Below are positions 58,580 through 64,000 of a DNA stretch of 64,000 nt, one piece after another. Source of the stretch: Thermoproteota archaeon (lineage in GTDB: Archaea > Thermoproteota > EX4484-205 > JAAOZP01); the NCBI GenBank assembly GCA_038848185.1, contig JAWCNV010000005.1, positions 18,983 to 82,982 of the forward strand, written 5' to 3'. The notes under the pieces are model-generated. The model was not told the DNA's origin. It did no database searches and saw nothing but the letters and a program-made list of their open reading frames with translations. Position numbers and translations under genes: made by a program. The number at the start of each line of letters is the position of its first letter. Position 1 is the stretch's first letter.

Positions 58580-59581
58580 TCATACGCCTGTAATCCTAAC
58601 AGGTTTCCGCAGTTTCATAGACTCATTAATAGCCAGCGTCACCCTCAGCGTTTTAACAGCATCAGAGTAGGGAGACATGATTTTAGACGCATCACCGGTT
58701 CGAACCGCCTCGATGAACACCACATCCTCAATGTAGAAAATATCCTCCTCCGGAGGAATATTCTCAGGCTCCATTCCCTTGCGCAACAACCTGAGAGAAT
58801 GCTCCCATTCGGTGAACAAGGCAGTAGTGGAGTTCGCGTAAATGCTTAGGTTGATCCCACCGCCACCAGCGTCAGCTGAGCAAGAGGCCCAGAAGCTCCC
58901 GACAGCACCGTTTAAGAAGCGTACATTAACCACGGAAGCATCCTCAACATTATAGTCTTTAGAAGCATGCTTGTTCTTTCCCCTAGCACAGTAGGCATGA
59001 ACCTCTGAGATTTCGCCGCAGAGAAAGCGTGCAAGATCTATTGTGTGAGTAACCTGATTATGGATCTGCCCCCCGCTTTTCTCCTTCCTGATCACCCAGT
59101 TTTTAGTGGAGGAGGGAGTGCCCTCCACCCATCCCCCCAGAACAAGTATAGGCGGGTCATCTTTCAGTAGCCCTCGCACCTTGTTAACGCCACTACGATA
59201 TCTATTCATATATCCGACACTCGCGAGAAGCTTTTTCTTCTCAACCGCCCTAGCGATTCTTCTCGCCTGATCCAGACGTATTGCCACAGGCTTTTCAACG
59301 AAAAAAGGAATCCCTCTCTTAATAGCTTCTAGCTCAACCCCATGGGCGAAAGGCGGAAGACAGAAGAACACAGCGTCCATTTCAGATTTTTCAAGCATTT
59401 CCCCAGCATCTCTGAATATTTTTGCCTCCGGGCTCCCGTATTCCCTTGAAACCTCTTGCGCAACCTCAATTCTTTCATCGCAGAACGATACTATCTCGAC
59501 ACCCGGAATCTTAACTAGTCCCTTCATGTGTTCCCGAGCTATTCCACCGCATCCTACGAAACCTATTCTAACATGGTCCAA
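58580..59581 (-). CDS. Gfo/Idh/MocA oxidoreductase
   Basis: GFVGCGGIA, EKP and GGQIHNQVTHTID. Confidence 0.9.
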   Translation of the reverse strand: MDHVRIGFVGCGGIAREHMKGLVKIPGVEIVSFCDERIEVAQEVSREYGSPEAKIFRDAGEMLEKSEMDAVFFCLPPFAHGVELEAIKRGIPFFVEKPVAIRLDQARRIARAVEKKKLLASVGYMNRYRSGVNKVRGLLKDDPPILVLGGWVEGTPSSTKNWVIRKEKSGGQIHNQVTHTIDLARFLCGEISEVHAYCARGKNKHASKDYNVEDASVVNVRFLNGAVGSFWASCSADAGGGGINLSIYANSTTALFTEWEHSLRLLRKGMEPENIPPEEDIFYIEDVVFIEAVRTGDASKIMSPYSDAVKTLRVTLAINESMKLRKPVRITGV

Positions 59582-59722
59582 TTCTGCCCGTCCTCCTAAG
59601 CATGGAGAATGATTCTCTCAGCTTAAGCGTTTCGAAAAATTTTTATGATAAACACGATGAGGCTCGTCTTTCCATAGGAGAGCAACCTAGTGCTTATATA
59701 GTCCTCTATGCCACTACTCGAT

Positions 59723-60679
59723 ATGCCAATAGTAGATCTTCCCCTAGAACAGCTTAAGGTTTACAAGCCTCCACTTACAAGGAGAAGCGATTTCCAAAGC
59801 TTCTGGAACAACAATAAGAAGCTTTCTGAAGAACAGGCTTTGAACCCAGTTTTAAAGAGGCTTGAGTACCCTGTTAAAAAGCTTGAAGCATACATGCTTT
59901 CCTTCGACGGTTTCTCAGACAAGACTCCGATAAAAGCGTGGTTCCTTAAGCCTGTTGGAAACGGGCCTTTCCCAGCTCTTCTTGTTCCCCACGGCTACGG
60001 TTGGCACAGAGGCACCATCTCCGACTACTTAGGCTGGATTCTCCAAGGGGTCGCGGTGTTAGCGGTTGATATTAGAGGGCAATTCGGCGATACACCTGAC
60101 TTCGCGAAATACCCTTCCGGAAGCATCACAGGATACATGACTAAAGGCATACTTGACAAGAACACCTATTACTACAGGTATGCATACATTGATTGTGTCC
60201 GTGCGCTTAAAGTTCTCTCTGAAAGAGAGGACATCGACGAAAAGCGGGTTGGCGTAGCTGGTGCCAGCCAAGGAGGAGGCTTAACACTAGTAACCACAGC
60301 CCTCGGAGGAAAAGTCTCGCTATCGCTTCCAGAAATACCCTTCCTATGCCATTTCGAAAGAGCTGTTGAAGTCGCAGGCTCAGACCCATACTTGGAGATA
60401 CCACGCTATCTTAAAATGCACCCTGATGAGGTAGAGAAGGTTTTTGAAACACTCTCCTACTTCGACGCGATGAATTTTGCTCCCGACATTAAGTGTCCAA
60501 TCCTTATGTCAGTCGGCCTCGTAGACATCGTATGCCCGCCTTCAACCATTTTCGCAACTTTCAACCATATAGCTTCAGGAAACAAGGAGCTAGCAATATA
60601 CCCAGGAATGGGTCATGAATGTCCTCCTGTACACAGGGAGAAAATGATAGAATGGGTTGCCAAGTACCTGTTACCGTAA
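59723..60679 (+). CDS. CE7 acetyl xylan esterase / cephalosporin-C deacetylase
   Basis: HGY, DIRGQ, GASQGG, D-x-xCPPST and GHE. Start refined to MPIVDLPLEQL by TATA spacing. Confidence 0.9.
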   Translation: MPIVDLPLEQLKVYKPPLTRRSDFQSFWNNNKKLSEEQALNPVLKRLEYPVKKLEAYMLSFDGFSDKTPIKAWFLKPVGNGPFPALLVPHGYGWHRGTISDYLGWILQGVAVLAVDIRGQFGDTPDFAKYPSGSITGYMTKGILDKNTYYYRYAYIDCVRALKVLSEREDIDEKRVGVAGASQGGGLTLVTTALGGKVSLSLPEIPFLCHFERAVEVAGSDPYLEIPRYLKMHPDEVEKVFETLSYFDAMNFAPDIKCPILMSVGLVDIVCPPSTIFATFNHIASGNKELAIYPGMGHECPPVHREKMIEWVAKYLLP

Positions 60680-60765
60680 GCGTCTAAAAAACACACTTAT
60701 GTTTGAAATTAGAAATTTTTCTCTCCTAAAGACTTAAAAGAAACCTATTCCCTAATATGATTAAG

Positions 60766-61050
60766 ATGATTTCAAAGGTTCCTATTGATTTAGAGAAGGT
60801 TAAGAAGGAGGAGATTAATAAAGAGGTTCTTCGAGTAGCGATAATTGCTGAACTTGACGCGATAAACCTGTATGAACAGCTGGCTCAAGCCACTGAAAGA
60901 GGAGATATTAAAGAGATCCTGTTAGACATTGCTAAGGAGGAGAAGACTCACGTAGGAGAATTACAGACGCTTCTTCTGAAAATAGATAAAGAACAGGCTT
61001 TAGAACTGGAAAAAGGTAGGAAAGAAGTAGAAGAAAAGACCGGGAAATAG
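60766..61050 (+). CDS. Stand-alone ferritin-like protein of the encapsulin-cargo (Flp/EncFtn) type
   Basis: LRVAIIAELDAINLYEQLA...DIAKEEKTHVGE, matching the Pyrococcus furiosus encapsulin-fused Flp domain. Confidence 0.85.
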   Translation: MISKVPIDLEKVKKEEINKEVLRVAIIAELDAINLYEQLAQATERGDIKEILLDIAKEEKTHVGELQTLLLKIDKEQALELEKGRKEVEEKTGK

Positions 61051-61206
61051 TTAGACATTTTTCATTTTCAATTGTTTACTCCAGTATTAGAATGATTTTA
61101 AAAATTTTATCGGATGCCTTTTCCGATAGACCTATATCGCCATTTTAATGGGAATGCTACGGAAATTAACAATCCTTAAGTACCTGAAACATTCGAAAAA
61201 TCTCGA

Positions 61207-62184
61207 ATGAAGATTTCACTAATCCCGAGAAAGGATGTTGAAAAAACCGTTTCCATGAAAGATGTGATGCACGCTGTAGAGAATGCTTTCAGAGCTAAGG
61301 GGATGGAGAAAGTTCAGATGCCGACTAAAATCTACATAACTTTTCCAGAGGGAGACTTCAGGACAATGGCGTGCTACATGCCTGAACTTGAAATGGCCTG
61401 TGTAAAAATCGTAAACGTACACCCGAAAAACCCTGAGAAACATAGTTTACCCACTGTTATGGCGACGATAACTCTCATAGAACCTGAAACCGGAAGACCT
61501 TTAGCAATAATGGATGGCACATACATCACCAACATGAGGACTGGGGCAGCAGGCGGAATAGCTGCAAAACATCTTGCGAGAAAAGATTCAAAGATAATTG
61601 GAATGGTTGGTGCAGGAGCTCAGGCTAGGACGCAGCTTCTAGCTTTAAACGAGGCTTTCAAAATCAGCGAAGTCAGGGTCTGCGCAAAAACCATAGAGGA
61701 ATGCGAAACATTCTCGAAAACAGTAGAGCATCTTAACCTAAATATCCAGATTAAACATAGCGTTGAAGAGGTTGTGAAAGGCTGCGATATCTTGGTTACA
61801 ACCACACCCGTAACCAGACCAATAGTTAAAAACGAATGGGTTAGTGAAGGAATGCATATCAACGCTATAGGGGCAGACGCCGCGGGGAAGGAGGAGCTGG
61901 ATCCAGAGATTCTAAAAAGGGCGAAGGTGGTTGTGGATGATTATGATCAGGCTTGTCACTACGGGGAGTTGAACGTTCCGGTTTCTAAGGGAATTTTTAA
62001 ACGTGAACAAATATATGCAGAACTAGGTGAAATCATAGCGGGGAAAAAAGCAGGAAGAATCAGTGATAGCGAGATAACAGTGTTTGACTCTACCGGATTA
62101 GCAATACAGGATCTGGCTGCAGCAGCCTTAGTTTACGAGAAGTCTAAAAAACTCGGTCTTATCAACGAAGTCGAGCTACTTTAG
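61207..62184 (+). CDS. ala: Alanine dehydrogenase, ornithine cyclodeaminase/mu-crystallin family
   Basis: GDFRTM, KIVNVHP, MRTGAAGG, GAGAQA, GADAAGKEE and FDSTGLAIQD. Confidence 0.85.
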   Translation: MKISLIPRKDVEKTVSMKDVMHAVENAFRAKGMEKVQMPTKIYITFPEGDFRTMACYMPELEMACVKIVNVHPKNPEKHSLPTVMATITLIEPETGRPLAIMDGTYITNMRTGAAGGIAAKHLARKDSKIIGMVGAGAQARTQLLALNEAFKISEVRVCAKTIEECETFSKTVEHLNLNIQIKHSVEEVVKGCDILVTTTPVTRPIVKNEWVSEGMHINAIGADAAGKEELDPEILKRAKVVVDDYDQACHYGELNVPVSKGIFKREQIYAELGEIIAGKKAGRISDSEITVFDSTGLAIQDLAAAALVYEKSKKLGLINEVELL

Positions 62185-62206
62185 ATATTCCCTTCAAAAA
62201 ATTCAA

Positions 62207-62563
62207 TTAATGTTTGGAAGAACTCCCCCTTATGACTTCTTCACGCTTTTTCTGGTATTCTTCTTCAGTAAGCAACCCCTCTTCCCTTAACCTTGCCAGC
62301 TTACGAAGCTTTTCTTCGAGATCATCTATCTCGTCTCTCCTACCCGTTTGCTCGAATCGGATCTCTTCTAGCGCTAAACCTTCCTCGCTGAACGCGTTTA
62401 AACCATAGTAGACAAGGATAAGGATCACGAAAATAAGCCAGATGACGCCAAATAGACCGAATATGGGAATAATGGCAAACCCTATGATTAAGAAAAAGAA
62501 GCTTACGATCAGCCCTAGGAGAGACGCCTCCTTAGTTGGCTTTACCCTAGCCTTTCCAGACAT
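62207..62563 (-). CDS. Two-TM membrane protein with SHOCT domain
   Basis: Two hydrophobic helices, then LRKLARLREEGLLTEEEYQKKREEVI. Confidence 0.85.
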   Translation of the reverse strand: MSGKARVKPTKEASLLGLIVSFFFLIIGFAIIPIFGLFGVIWLIFVILILVYYGLNAFSEEGLALEEIRFEQTGRRDEIDDLEEKLRKLARLREEGLLTEEEYQKKREEVIRGSSSKH

Positions 62564-62704
62564 TTACCAAGTATTTTTCCTCATTCAAGGAATAAAAATT
62601 TTTTGAATCATAATTTGAGTTTCAAGGTGGCTAGTAATTAACCGTTGAACCCGAGGAGAAAAGAAATCTTTATAATCCTTCTACTTGGCCACAGCATGAC
62701 AAAA

Positions 62705-62896
62705 ATGGTACTCTTCAAAAAGAAGGAGGATAAGAAGGAGAAGACAAAGGCTGAGAAAATCGCAGAAGCATTGATAGATAAGATTGGAAAGGAGAAAGTA
62801 GATGATGAGGCTACAAAACTCTATTTTCAAGGAGTCAGAGATTTCGATGAGCAGATGGAAATATTAGCGAAGAAATACGGTGTAGAAACCAGTTAA
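62705..62896 (+). CDS. Small highly charged helical protein of unknown function (about 63 aa)
   Basis: MVLFKKKEDKKEK...FDEQMEILAKKYGVETS; TTTATAA about 29 nt upstream of this ATG. Confidence 0.55.
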   Translation: MVLFKKKEDKKEKTKAEKIAEALIDKIGKEKVDDEATKLYFQGVRDFDEQMEILAKKYGVETS

Positions 62897-62991
62897 TTAG
62901 CCCATGCTTTAGATCCCAAAGTTTACTGACCTTGAGAATCAACGTTTGAAGTATTATGCTTATATAGAGTTGAAGCATAACCTTAACCGCA

Positions 62992-64000
62992 ATGAGGGCC
63001 GTTATGCTTAGAGGACCGTTCAGGCTTGAAATGATGGATGTGCCTAAGCCTGTTCCTAGGAGTGACGAGGTTTTGATACGTGTTAAAGCTGTCGGGATAT
63101 GTGGAAGCGACGTCAGGTATTTTCACGGGGAGAACCCTTGGGCTCTTCACACTATCGGAAAAGATTTGAAGGAAACCAAGAGCTTCATACTTGGCCACGA
63201 AGTTTCAGGGGAAATAGTGGAAGCCGGAGAATGGGTGAGTAAAAAAAGGGTTTCTGAGAAAGTAGGTATACTTGCTTTCAAAGGGTGTGAGGAATGCTAC
63301 TATTGCAAGAGGGGTTTTCAAAACCTTTGCGAATACACGTTGCATATTGGGCATGACGGGAGGTGGGGAGATGTGGAGTATCCGCCTGGGGGGTATGCAG
63401 AATACATGCCGATATGGGCGAGTAATGCTTACAAGCTTCCTGACAATGTTTCCTTCGAGGAGGCTACTCAGCTAGACGGTTTAGCAGTAGCAGTCCACGC
63501 AAATAATAGGGCAAGCATATCTCCGAGTGATAAGGTGGTTGCGATAGGGTGTGGAGCAATAGGCCTCATGGTTTTGCAGGTGGCTAAGACTAGGGGGGCT
63601 TCGAAAACCATAGCTTTAGACACATGGGATAAGCCTTTGGAAAAGGCGGAGGCTCTTGGGGTTGACCATACTATAAACGTTAAGAAGAGCAAGGATTTTG
63701 TTGAAGAAGTTTTACGGTTAACTGGAGGCACTGGCGTAAATGTGGTTTTCGATACTGTTGGAAGTAGCGAGACGGTGAAAGCAGGCTTAAGCATGCTGGC
63801 AAGAATGGGCAGGCATATTTTGCTCGCGGTGACACCTGTGAAAATAGAGTTGAGTCTTACGGATATTGTTGGAGGAGAGAAAATCCTGACGTGTTCAGCA
63901 AACCATCTGTATGAAGACTATATTGTCGGAGTAGAATTGCTGGCTAGTGGACAGGTCAAGGTGAAGCCCTTCATCACGCACGTTATGAAGCTGGAGGAGT
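62992..64000 (+). CDS. Zn-dependent alcohol/sugar dehydrogenase (partial, runs off the window)
   Basis: Open from ATG 62992 to the window end: GICGSD, GHE, CEECYYC...C and GCGAIG. Absent from the track because it has no stop in the window. Confidence 0.92.
   Translation, partial: MRAVMLRGPFRLEMMDVPKPVPRSDEVLIRVKAVGICGSDVRYFHGENPWALHTIGKDLKETKSFILGHEVSGEIVEAGEWVSKKRVSEKVGILAFKGCEECYYCKRGFQNLCEYTLHIGHDGRWGDVEYPPGGYAEYMPIWASNAYKLPDNVSFEEATQLDGLAVAVHANNRASISPSDKVVAIGCGAIGLMVLQVAKTRGASKTIALDTWDKPLEKAEALGVDHTINVKKSKDFVEEVLRLTGGTGVNVVFDTVGSSETVKAGLSMLARMGRHILLAVTPVKIELSLTDIVGGEKILTCSANHLYEDYIVGVELLASGQVKVKPFITHVMKLEE

Noticed and set aside
209-63794. Many 60-185 aa ORFs in the track nested in or antisense to recognised genes (e.g. 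209..415, 30940..31386, 45125..45682, 49739..50254, 54185..54685)
   Set aside because: They are shadow frames of well-supported genes and have no recognisable motifs.
62983-63794. Track ORFs 62983..63198, 63272..63475 and 63468..63794 as separate or broken genes
   Set aside because: A single uninterrupted dehydrogenase frame runs from 62992 to the window end.

Overview
Gene-dense 64 kb segment of an archaeal chromosome. A TACK/Thermoproteota lineage such as Bathyarchaeia or Brockarchaeota is inferred from the type IB topoisomerase, split GMP synthase, archaeal ThyA, AbrB-PhoU regulator and TATA boxes about 25-30 nt before many start codons. I found no rRNA, tRNA, CRISPR array, transposase or integrase. 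Housekeeping genes: guaAB, guaB, thyA, moaA/B/C/D/E, top1B, family-4 UDG, pstSCAB-phoU and alanine dehydrogenase. Carbohydrate and acetyl-group enzymes: xylose isomerase-like protein, xylulokinase, GH4, GH172, CE7, NagA, ChbG/YdjC, AAC(3)-like and Eis-like acetyltransferases, and sugar-type dehydrogenases. The window also has one HEPN-MNT pair, two ABC-2 systems, two MFS genes and many membrane-anchored surface proteins. Most notable: (1) three paralogous uncharacterised surface proteins, two of which share a perfect 173-bp block inside otherwise divergent genes; (2) a 755-aa protein linking an extracellular Ig-like region through a membrane helix and repeat linker to a cytoplasmic DUF4332-like helix-hairpin-helix domain; (3) a Grs/Gms-like tetraether-lipid radical SAM enzyme; (4) two lesions the ORF track hides, an in-frame TGA in an MFS gene and a frameshift in an ABC ATPase; (5) palindromic operator candidates at padR and pst. 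All family assignments come from motif recognition, not database searches.
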